Shown piece after piece: positions 36,015-48,058 of a stretch of 64,000 nt of DNA; the first letter of the stretch is position 1, and each line of letters starts with the position of its first letter. The stretch spans positions 1 through 64,000 of the forward strand of contig NMRA01000463.1 of the NCBI GenBank assembly GCA_002633005.1, given 5' to 3'. This DNA comes from Phoronis australis. Its lineage: Eukaryota; Animalia; Phoronida. The position numbers and the translations under genes are program-made. Under the pieces are notes generated by a model that was given only the letters and a program-made list of their open reading frames with translations, was not told the DNA's origin and did not search any database.

Positions 36015-38627
36015 ATTTTAGCACTATTTGCTTTCGAGTTATTAATTTGTTGTCGTCATCTTTGTTTGGGCGTGCGGCCTTTGCTGCTGTATCTCCCAAG
36101 CCTCTTGCAGAATCTTAATGAGATTGGCAGATTTGTTTCAAGTTTTGTAGTAAGGAGGCTACGACGCCTTTCCATCTTTGAATGGATTTGATGTATTCTG
36201 CACCATCTGGTGGCCATTATTATGATAGTATTAAATGTACACTCCTAGAAGCCTTATGTGCACTAAATGTAAAAATTTTTATGAATTTCATCAAAATTTT
36301 TTTTTGGCTTCTTCAAAAGTATGGCCCCAAAATCAAAAAGGTAGTCAGATGAAATTTTACACTCTAAATGATTTCGTGGACCACGTTGGAAATAAGTATT
36401 TTGTGTTACCCAGAAGTCAATTGTCCTTGTTCACCTCCTTGTTTACAAGTGTCGAGATCTTATTGGCTGTCCTTACTTTAAGCTTATACTCTTGTCTGTC
36501 TCCATCTGTTTTGTTGCAGCATCATGTTATCTTGCTTTCTATTGCTTTTACAGTCAATCTATTTTAAATGTAATAAATCTGAAGAGTATCCATAGCTTTT
36601 ACCGTCAAAATTTGCTGATTTGCTTTGAGATGAATTGCAGTGTGCTTTTTTGAAACCCTCTGTTGGGTAAAACCGCTGTGCAATTAGAAGATTCCCTGAC
36701 ACTTTACACTGTTGCCTAGTGATTTTCCAAGATCAGAATGTTGCCCCTGTAGGGGGCTTATGTCATCGATTATTACGTAATATTTCCAGTTCAGTTTTTA
36801 AGTTTTAACCTAGTGTTAACCAGCTATGAGACCTTTTGCGTAAGCTTCTTTTCGCAAACCCACTTTCTGTTTACGACTTGCACAGGAAGAAAATTTAATT
36901 TGTTCACAATTGTACGGTGTTTGCTAAATGTGTGGAAATCTAGAGGTGATTACCGTACTTTACCATTAAGGTGAAGTTAGAGACCAAACGCCTTCCACAT
37001 ATTGCTTGTAATATTCTTTGTCGTAATTTTTAAATGAGCGTGTTATGGAGGTGAACAGGTACTTGCCGTTATTGACTGATAAATGCAATATAATGATAAA
37101 AAGACAAAAGAGCGTGCATATTTGATGATGATACATGGTAGTTCTCCTTGCCTTTAGCACACAATATGGGTGACATTTTATTTTGTCAAATTTCTCCTCA
37201 AAAATAAAAATTATGAACTTTTTAATTTACTACTAAGACGTGTAAATGTCATAAAAGAACGTTTGGTAAAGATTCCAGTTTTTTTAGCTGAGTAACTAGT
37301 CTTTGAAAAAAAGGGAAAAATTACAATTTTGGCAATTTTTTGTGCGAAATAAATGGACAATTCCAGTACTCGGACTGGTGGGAAACTATCTATTAAAGAA
37401 TCAAAGTTTGATTCAGAAAAAAATTCTTCAGCATTTTAACACATTCTTGTCATTTTTTAAGTCAAAACATAAGTAAATGTGACATGTATTTCGTCAATTT
37501 TGTGAGTTTAAGTCGTTGGTGTCGAGTTGAGCGACTGACCAAAAAGTGTGTGTGACTCAAAACATTAATTTGCAATCTGACAAAAATTGCTTCAATATTT
37601 TGGTCTACAAAAATAAGCTCATCCCAACAATGAAAAGAGAGGTAAACCATCATGAATATTTCACTTATATCTAACCAAAGCTTCAAGAGGAATCAGTCAT
37701 GGCAATCAAAAAGTTCAAGGATGTCCTGGCCTTTTCAAAAGGTTTAAAGACACTTTGGTATTACTTTATTTCTGCGCCATATGGCAACGAGATGTATCAT
37801 ACAGAGCCGAGATGGCATAATACAGTGCAACTATGCCAAAGGGACCACAAATCCTTGCTCAGGATCTCTCAGGGAATTAACACCACACACTAGTATGCTT
37901 TATTATGTAACAAGCCAGCAACTAGAGCCTGGTGGGGGATACACAAAGGGTTTGTTGTGAATCATCTGGTATCTACTTAGCTAGAGATCCTATTGTTTAA
38001 GAGGGATTGAGTTGTTGGGAAGTGATTCTGCATTCAAGGTTTGTTACTCAATAAGTTCAACCTCTTGACTGGCATCATGGCACTAACTGGGGAAGGTCAG
38101 GCGGATAACTTGATTGGCTGACATTATGAGAATGCTGGGTAAATGGATTGTGAGGTTTTCTTGGTGACCCAGTGGATCAGCTGTGCTGCGTGTCAAAGTT
38201 GCTTTGAATGAAGTGTTACTGCAGTGATTGTGGGCGAATTTTAATTTGCTGATTTTAAATTTATTAAACGGACAGTGTTTGCTAGAAGGGGTCAAACAAA
38301 ACAAATTTCCCATAGTTCCCTGCCTTTCAATTTATTTTTGTAATAACTGTTCGTCATGACAGGAAATTTGCTGAAACTTAATGAGGTTGAAAGCACTATT
38401 CTCTCCTATCAATGTTTGGTTGGAGTAACTAAAAAATTAAGGTCTGGATATCGATCAAAGTCTCAGATTATGAACGTGATTATAGGTTGCGGATCCCTAT
38501 TGATTTTGGGTGAAATCCACGAATACTGATATTTTTAAAATGTCTGAGGATTCATTAGTTTGATGTCATTTTTACCTCTTGACCTTTATTGATTACTTCT
38601 TTGCTTATTACTAGTGAGAGTATCTCA

Positions 38628-38866
38628 CAGGGTTTGGAATTTTCCTCTTGTAAGAGGATTTTCTTTTTTGGTTTCATTTTCCTCTTATTTGATTTCCAGT
38701 TTCCTCTTTTTTAATCATTATGTTGACTTTATCCGTGGAAAAACGTTTACTTCGCTTAAATTTTACAACATACAGTTATTTCTACTACAAAAGCCTGTTT
38801 ATTTGTGGAACGTTACATCACCTGGAAAATTTTCCTCTATTTTGTCATTGATTATTCCAAGCCGTG
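38628..38866. mobile_element. MITE family B copy, 6-bp TSD ATCTCA
   Basis: CAGGGTTTGGAAT...ATTCCAAGCCGTG with exact ATCTCA on both sides. Confidence 0.85.
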
Positions 38867-41691
38867 ATCTCATTCAGTTCTTGTGGGATATCATAATCTA
38901 TTATTTTTATTATAATTGAAGCTACGATTGGCCAGTAGTAAGAAATGAAATTTCCTGATTCTCATTGGATAAACTTATACTAGAGATATTAACTTACTTA
39001 CAGTATACCAGTGCTCGATTTGGTGACCTTCAGGTTGCCAATGGGACCTGAGATAGTGTTTGGTGACCTGGGAAAAATCCCGTGTCGCCACAAAATCCGG
39101 CCAGTGCAAGGTCAAGGTTAGATAATAATTCCCCCAATATTCATTTCAAAGTTTCTGTTGACATCCAAACTTTAAATGTGTAATGGTTGAATACCTTTGG
39201 TTCATAATTGTTCCGTTTATTTTGTGAAATCAGTGTATGCACCAACATGGTCGTCACCATTCATGTAATATCAAACGTGCTTAAATAACAACAGGAGTTA
39301 GGAATGATCATCAAAAATCGGGGCTGGATCGATGAAACATGCGATCGTCTGCGTTTTTCCTGAGAGCGGAGTACTGTGTCAAGCTAAGTGTCGAGCACCG
39401 CTTACTGTGTCAGAACGTTCGATAGGGGGAGCTGCATTAAAGGAGGGTGAAATACAGTCATACTTGTGCTATGTGTGACAGTTTGTTCTGTATGGGATGG
39501 TAGTGTTGTTCAGAGCTCGAAATACACGCTGGCGTGGTGGCCCAGGACCAGTAGATTTGCGGCCGCCCTATGTGGATGTGGTCTTATATTCAAGTAAGAG
39601 GACCAACGAGTCAGCACATTTATTTGCTGAAGCTCAAACACTGGTGTTGTCAGTGGAGGGGTTACAAAAGGGGCGTTCAAGAATTCACCCTCATGAATCA
39701 AGAGGAACAACTAAAAATGGCGACACAACAAAAGGGTGCTAATGGTCCATTGACCCCTTGTCGCTAAAGCCTTTAATCCAATCATGATTGTTACAAAGAC
39801 GAATTTATTCAGAAAATCTGACACGTAGGTAAAACATGAACTTTTCGGTTCAATCGAATATGCAAATCTGTGTTAAGTCTAGTTTGCTTTGATCCTGTTG
39901 TGTGATGGATTATGGGCATCGGCAGTTAAATCCATATTTTCTATGCAACCTGTTGGTATTCTTGATTTCTCATAAGATACACTTCAGTTTATTGTTTGCT
40001 ACTGGGCCAAGATTAACTTAATTTGTAGAGGGTGAAATCTAATAGAGTTTAAAACATGCTTTATGGTGGTGCTCTCGCAGCTATGAATTAAATTAGATAA
40101 ATTGAACTATCAGTTAAATTTAATTAATGAATATTTAAACATTGAATTCACCAATTGAATTAAAAATAAATTAAAACTTCTATATGATAAATACAATGAA
40201 TTCAAGTGGCTGAAATGAAGGGAAGGATAGCTATTATGACAACATTCACAAGTAAGTGATGAATACGTGCCAGAAGTCACCATAATGATACGCCCCCTTC
40301 AGGATTGCAGCTGAATGTTTGTTTTCTTTTCTAATTTGCAGCTGATGGTATTTTTGTGGCATGAATAGTAAATCGTCATCAATTTCAGTCAAAATTAATT
40401 GCCAAAATTGGTCTTTTTTCATTTTTCAAAAGCCCTTAACAGTGTTATAAATGTCCATGATTTCTTAGAAGCGCTGTCTGATGGTAATTATAGTATAGAC
40501 TCTTTAAGATATGTTTGCACGCTCCTAACTATGCAAATGTATAGCAGGAGCTAAACGACATTGCTGTTTGAACACCGTCTATGCTAATCAAAGTGCAGTT
40601 GTATTCATTGACTTCAATGTGAAAACAAAAAATTACGCAAATAGGTGACATGGCATACTTCGCGGGCTCAGAAAGCCCGCATCATGCTGTGTTATTCCCC
40701 GGAATCACGTCACGATACTTACTGGACACTGTTCCGTGATTTACAGCGGATCATTTTCTACACAAAACTTGTTCTTAAAAACATTTATAAAGTTTCAGCC
40801 TACTTCTTATGAACATCATCGCTATATGTAGCGTTTCTAACGAATAGTAATCTGACAAAGTAATCACAGAGCTTAGGAATTAGCGTTTTGGTTCCACTTT
40901 AGAAATAGACAGTATTGCATTTATTTGATACTACTTGTCTTGCATGAAAATATGAAACGGTCCAATTTCACTCATGGGCCAGATTGGGTCCTAAATTGAT
41001 AAACTACCACCTGGTGCGTAACTTTCAGGTTTCGTGAAGATGTTAAAAACATCAGATAATGAAAGATGTTTTTACTCTCTTTAAAATGTTCTCCCAATTT
41101 TTTATGACGAAGGAGGTTTTTGCACTCTCGTGAAAATGTTCTCCTTCTTTGAAAAAAAATAGTCTGGGGTGAAATTTTGTACATATTACTGATGACTATA
41201 AAATCATTTTATTTCAATTTTGCATTTTTTCAGGTTTCAGGTGTAACATACCCAGAACACCATTACAAAGACAATTAAACATATCTGGGGTGCGCACATT
41301 AAGGATAGTGATCCCGTGGTAGATTGACGAGACCACGTAACTGTCTTCGCAAGATGTCACCACGTTATACGAACCAAGCATGTGATCGCCCTAAATATCA
41401 CTCCATGAACGTCACACTTTTGAGCTGAACATGCTGAGGCTACATGTTGGAGATGGTATTGTTGAGCTCAGGCTGCCCTTATTGGGAGCACTTATTCTTC
41501 CATGAAAGTTGTTTTCATGCTAATGAAATATGTTGCTATTCTTTGAATTTGTTTCATCAACTTTCTCTCAATCGTGATTACGTCTAGGGAGTTTTTGCAA
41601 AATTCACGAGTTCATATTTGTTGCAAATTATTTCTTCAAAATCTGTTTTGATTGCATCTACTGTGTTGTTACTTCCACTCTAGAACCTCAG

Positions 41692-41840
41692 GGCTTAGTT
41701 GCATAAAAGTCGTGCGCCGTATAGCAACAATGACGTCGCGTTATCCCGCGTCACGTTGTTATTGTTGAACAATGCACGTGACGTCATGCAACAGTCAAAC
41801 TTATGCAGCGGATGATTTTGAAGTTTTATGCAACCCAGTC
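41692..41840. mobile_element. PIF/Harbinger-like MITE family F, TSD CAG
   Basis: GGCTTAGTTGCATAAAA...TTTTATGCAACCCAGTC; close copy at 61638-61787. Confidence 0.8.
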
Positions 41841-42169
41841 CAGATGTTTGCTTGCACAAATGATCCTGCTTGTTTTAACTTGGTTCATTCTAATTTTGAT
41901 AAAATTCTATTGTATGTTAACAATTCATGTATGATGCCAACGATATATTTCATTATTTTATTGTGTTTACTGAGACCATGATTGTCAAATAATACCATTG
42001 TCATATGTTTCATGAAAAGTTCCTTCTTAGGTTTTTAAGACAGAAGTTTGGTCTTGTGCTTCACATAAGTATTTCTGAAAAATTATTAAATTTTGCTTGA
42101 GCGAAATTTCAAAGTCTCTGAGAACATTCACTGTATACACACGCCTGCTAGTTATGAATATGTATATAG

Positions 42170-42328
42170 ATCACAAACATTTTTTAACTCTGGTCTGTAC
42201 GCCACCTGTTGGCCATATTACGGGAACCAGTGAACACAAGTCTGAAATCTTTTCACAACTTGTGTTTATTAGGTCATGTGATGTGGCCAACAGGTGGCGT
42301 GCAGACCAGGTGTAAAAGTATCTGTGAT
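42170..42328. repeat. Foldback element, ~70-bp arms with CTCF-like motifs
   Basis: CTGGTCTGTACGCCACCTGTTGGCCA / TGGCCAACAGGTGGCGTGCAGACCAG. Confidence 0.8.
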
Positions 42329-45300
42329 ACCTGCTTGTTACTAAGAGAACTTCTACATATTATTTCTAGACTTTGATGCGCTGGTAATTACTTTCATTGC
42401 TAAATCTTGATGGGCATTAGATCAGATTCCTGTCTTGAGTCGTAATTCACTTTCATCAAATGTACCCAGGTCACATGACCCAGGTCATTGTTTTTTGTTT
42501 AAAGCAATCTTTGGTTCTAATATTATCTGTTCGTTTATTGATGCATTTGTTACTATGGTGATTTTTATTTTGTTGTTGGGCACTAAAATTTACGAACCCT
42601 TAGCTTTAAAAGTGCCTGGGATTTGGTGTTACTCCTCTCAGATGAAAGTGTGATGATGGGTCATGCGTGAGCTCCCAAAATTACTAGCTTAAAATAGGAC
42701 GATGACCACTGGCCACTTGGTTGGCATGGTGGGATGTTGAATTGTGAGGGAAACCTGCGAAAATGCCCCAAACTTAACAGACAAGATTTCTCACAGCAAG
42801 TGTCTTGTGTGTGTGTCTTACATTATGGAACTGATCCCTACTGTGCTTAAATTATGACATTTGTAGTCAAATTAACCAGTTTGATTGGTTGGTTTTGTTT
42901 GTTATCATGGTTGCACTGAGGGAGGGGGGTTCTGAAAGTGCAGTACAACCATGTGTCGTCTTAAAATTTATGTGCCCCTTTAGTACTTGACCAATTATCT
43001 GGTCTCTGCGAAATAATTGTAGACTTGAGAAGCAGCTCATCTGTAGATTTTTGTTTCTTATTGTTTGCCGATGGCCACAAAATAACCTGCTGTCAACTAA
43101 CTTGGGTAATGAGGATAGACAGATGCGCAACCTTGTGTGTACTTTGAAAACTATCTACATGGCAGCAGGCATGGGTCCAGATTGGAGTCCTGAGTGCGCA
43201 GACATCTCTGCCTGCCATTTCTGCAAAGCTGCAATGGGGGAAGTATTGCCTCCTTGTTTCAGGCATGTTCTCTTCTGGTCATATTGTTAATCGCAGGTGC
43301 CTGTCTCAGACATGTATGGATATTGTCAAACATTTTGAAGTAATAACCCATTTTATAAGTATAGCATGTACATGGTTTGTGTTACTTTTTTATTGTGGTA
43401 CGAAAATAATTTTGTATATGATGTAAGCACAGATTTTGTATCTGAATATCGAGAAACGAGATTTTTTTGTTAAACAACTTTTGTTTAGATGTTCCTATAG
43501 TGCTCTTTAATATGTACATGTATGACCATATTTGGTTCTGGTCTATGGCTGAACATGCGCCACGTCACTTCAAGAAAATAGTGCCTACGCCTATCAAGTT
43601 TACCCAAGTTCTCAAACCTTTTTTCACATGCTACACCATGGGGGCCAAGTCCTCTGCTATCACCTCCTGTCTGGTTCGCCATTGGTTACAATAATTGCCT
43701 CCCACACATCAGTGCTGCCACCCCACCCCCAACCCAGCTTTTTGGTGGTTTTCTCTTCTTTTTAAAAAATCAACAGCTAGAAATGAACATTGCGTCAGCA
43801 GGTCAGTTTTCAAAATAAATCAAAAGATATCTTGCTTTTTTGCAGTATTTTTCACATTATAATTAAGCAGTTTACTAAGTGGGTTTTTTGAAAATAGAGT
43901 TTAATTTATCTTTTATGAGCTTAATTTGCACTCTGCAGATGTTATTAAACAAACTTTAGCAAATTTTCCATTTTTGCAGCGAGTTAATCAGCCTTGGAAA
44001 ATTAGGTAAATAGCATTTTTTGCAATTATTTTGATGCCAAGTAAATTAAGTATTAACGTTTTGGGGTACTGCATGTGATTTCCGCTTAGGAGTCCGTTTT
44101 GCACGTTAGAGTTTACCTCCGACCTTATGTTTTGAAACTGTTCATCCTAAACCAGTTTGTGATGCATAATGAGTCATGCTTTTTGTTAGCCTTTACCTCA
44201 TCTCACTCGAGGGATTGAGTATCGTGTCACGTGGCTTCATTCCTTAAAGCCAGTTTCCTGCGAGTTTTCGCTATTCTCGCAAGTCTTCACGAGATGTTGC
44301 TGCAATCGGTCGTAAGCGAAGCACGTATGCGACCTCGCTGGCTTTGACTCTTCCCTTACGGTAGGGTCCCTACACACTGCGGGCAATAAAAATGGGCGTG
44401 TATTTTGGCCGTTGGATACATTTATCAGAAGGGAAAAGTGAGGCAGCTCGGTAACTTTACTGCAAGTTCCAACAGCGAAACCAGCGTCTTCACTGCTTTG
44501 CATTTCCAGTTTTCGTGGTTTATTTTGTCAGTTTCTTTTTTTCGGAATGAGACTACTGAAAAAAAGTTTCAAAATATCTTGATTAGATAGCGGTATATAA
44601 GAAATTGTCAAAATGCCTTTAAAATAATGCCTTCACCCATTTGTTGATTACCACATGAATGAATTTATTATGCGCCACGGACCCGATCTGCGTGTTTCCT
44701 GTAGTATCGTTTGGTTTTGTTGCAATATGCAATAAACACTAATCAACACTAATTTGTGATTACTGCGTCACTATCAAACACTTGACTGTTGATAGGATTT
44801 TTTTTCAGAAAAATATTCTCGTGCCCGAATTTCTGTGTCAATTCGGCAATCTAGCTGTGATCAAGTTCGTGCGACCTTTGACCCGTCGCATTGAATGAAG
44901 ACGTTCAGCTTGTCTGCCTTAATTCCACTTTGTTTTTGTGTAAGCATTCATGTTTACTTTAAATTTCATTTTATTGGTCGCATAATGTGAGCTTAGTGCA
45001 TAATGGCCTTGTGTAGATGGTTTGCATTTGAGTCATTTATTATAATTATCATGTTTGTTTATTACGATTTGTTTCAAAAAGTATTGTTAATTAAATTCTG
45101 ATGATTTTTATTGTAAATAAAAATTCGATTTTTATCGTTACTGGAAACCGTAATGTTTTTTCATGTGTTTGTAGACAAGTGCGGTATGACGTCAACCCTG
45201 GTGATACTGAACTTCCTGTTGGAACCGGTGTGAAATATGTTCACCAGAGGAAATTCGATGGGAATTGTCTATTCAGAGACCCGGCGTTACTTGGACTTCT

Positions 45301-45716
45301 GTGGTTTTCAGGAAAATTCAAAATTGCATCAAACGAATGTTATAATTTAGAAAACCGTGACAGCAGTATGCCGCTTTTGATCTTGGCATTCTGTATTAAG
45401 CGAAATTTGACCATTTTGCAGATGTCGTTGTTTGACTATGAATGTACCGCACCAGTTCTGCTAAATTCCACTAAAAAAATTATGGCTACGAGACCCAAGC
45501 AGTAGTACTTTGATATAAAGTCAAAAACTCAAACATAAACTATCAGAGTTAGATTCTGTTTCGGTATCGGTTGTAAATGCATCGTTTTACAAAAAAACAT
45601 AATTTTATGTTTACACTTTGGTTAAAGCTGCAATTCGATTGGTTTTGGCCGGCTAAAAAGCGAAGATCGTATTAGGCCGGGATTTTAGTTTCATGAAATT
45701 GGTCTCGTTAATGTTC

Positions 45717-45873
45717 CATGGGCGACGCAGCACTGAAAAAAGTGGGGGGAGCTAAATCCCCCCCTTAGCGCCCCCTGTGGTGCACCACCTATAGACCATG
45801 TGCGGCGTAGCCCTGAAAAAAGTGGGGGCTATTAGCCCCCTCCCCCCCAACCCTCTATGGTGGGCCGCCCATG
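45717..45873. mobile_element. Dimeric MITE, CATGGGCG/CGCCCATG ends, 5-bp TSD TGTTC
   Basis: Two ~77-bp units each with CTGAAAAAAGTGGGGG; TGTTC flanks the pair. Confidence 0.8.
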
Positions 45874-46155
45874 TGTTCATTGCCGTGATAGGATTGCGGA
45901 ATACTGAACGCGGCGTCAGCGATTCAAGAAAGCGCTTCAGAGCCCATTGCGGATTCGACATTGGTGCATGCATGCAGGCATTGACCATCAAGTCGGATGA
46001 GCGTGGTCATGTTTTTGAAATCCAATGCGCTTCGGTTACGAATTCAGCTGAGACAGACGGCTCAACATGGCAAAATCCAATTTCAACTTTGCATATCTGT
46101 TAAGGAGTACGAGATCCTCAAAATGAGTAAATGAGTAAAATACAAGAATCACTGA

Positions 46156-46231
46156 ACATCATCAATATTGCACTGGACATAACGTCAATATTGCGTTGGA
46201 CATAACATCAATATTGCGCTGGACATAACAT
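46156..46231. repeat. 23-bp tandem repeat x3
   Basis: CRTCAATATTGCRYTGGACATAA units. Confidence 0.8.
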
Positions 46232-47435
46232 CTTTAAACATCTTTAAGACATTGACGTAACGTCGTGGGGTTGAAAGAAATAAAATAAGGGCCTATTTGG
46301 AAGCCGTTCAACATAATCCTGCAGCCCGCTCTAATACCGACGAATCAATCGTGTACCAGGGCTCAGGAGTTTGGAGGCACGCTTTCGGGGGTTTCAGCGC
46401 TGACACCTGGCGGTTTCGGAACCTTTGCGAGTATAATATTGGAGAATTTGGCCGACATATGAAACCCATTCGAATAAGCTCCCAATATGCACGTACGTTT
46501 TGAAAGGTACCGTAAGAATGAAATCAGCCACTTGTCTTTTTGTCTTTTCTATTGATTTTCGTTTCCTAAAACTCAGTCAGTTGTGCTCCCACAGTGCTAC
46601 ACGACCTTTGAAATTTAGATTTCCGTGTGTGGTTTGCGTGTTCCTGGTATATTATAGCATTTAGCTCACCGACGTTAAGGTGCGTTCACATGTCACATCT
46701 GTGAACGCCGATTTTTGCTTAAAGATACACTGGCCGATTGGATACTCAGTCCATTGAAAATCAATTTATGTCGGACTTGTAACCATGTATCAAGGATAAT
46801 TCTAGAAGCGCGTACCTCGTCATTGGCGTAAAAATGATGTCATTGACGCACTGTGATCCTAATTCGGTCCAACAGTTGCACTAAAATTGCAAAGAATAAA
46901 AACAAAAGATGGCATGACTAACAGTTCCCCGACTTGGCCCATAGGGGTCAGGTCGTGTGGGTTAATTTACCCATACCTTCATTTTTCATCCCTGTTACCG
47001 TATATGCAAGTGAAATCTGTATAACGAATTACTGTCTCGAACTGACGTAATCACCGACAATGAAGCGTGAATAAAACGCACAAAGTAGAACACAAATACG
47101 CGAATATATCGCAGACAACTCCTCAACAATAATTCCGTTTTTTATGAAAAAATAATTTTAGTTTTCTGTGTTGAATTGTTTTCGCAAAAATTTGCAAGGC
47201 CACTGACCTTCGACATCGCGATTCCCCGGTTGTTGAACCGCGTGACCTCAGTTCAGGTACCGCCCTAATCGTCAGCTCAATCTGCCGAGACATGATTTTA
47301 GAGTTCTGACATGATTATTCTTGTAACAATCACTCCAAAAAATGTTTAGGTTAGCAGTAGATTAGTAGACTTTAGGCGGATTTTCAAAGCCGACTTCCGC
47401 AATGGTGATTTGAGAATTAAAGAAGTTTTGTATAA

Positions 47436-48058
47436 CTACATCGTTTGCTGCCGACGGGCTGAATCACTAGCAAAACAGTTTGAGAGTCAGCAAAGAATTT
47501 CATTCAGTTATTGGTCAAAGGCTGGAAACATCAAGTTTTTCATTAACAGGTTTAGATTTACTCTTAAAATCAACCAATCTTAGTATCCCAGTAAACATGA
47601 CAGTATTGGCCCAATACTGGATAACTGTTGCTTGATAACGCTTGTACCGTATACCGGTTTACGTTTCTGGGCCAGGAATGGCCCAGTACCGTCCCCACGA
47701 CACTAACCCAGTGAACTTTCCCTTAGCGGCTCGCCGGTATTGGACCGGTAAACACAGACTTGAACACAAGAGGGCAGTTAGAGGCTTGCCCACTGGAGGG
47801 CTAAAACTTTTGATTTTTTTTAAAAGTCAGATGTGTGACAGTAAAACTTTTCATGTTCATCAAGAAATTAACTACCCGCAGCTGTATTATAGTGAAATTT
47901 TATTGTNCTACATCGTTTGCTGCCGACGGGCTGAATCACTAGCAAAACAGTTTGAGAGTCAGCAAAGAATTTCATTCAGTTATTGGTCAAAGGCTGGAAA
48001 CATCAAGTTTTTCATTAACAGGTTTAGATTTACTCTTAAAATCAACCAATCTTAGTAT
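47436..48058. repeat. 151-bp exact direct repeat (47436-47586 and 47908-48058) at a contig join
   Basis: Identical copies; a single N at 47907 directly precedes the second. Confidence 0.9.

Noticed and set aside
39009-39400. hAT-like element CAGTGCTCGA...TCGAGCACCG
   Set aside because: Only a 10-bp imperfect TIR, no TSD and no second copy in the window.
45101-46503. ORFs of 134, 101 and 68 aa as a hidden gene between TBC1D13 and Awh
   Set aside because: No recognisable domain, no consistent splice chain, one overlaps a MITE.
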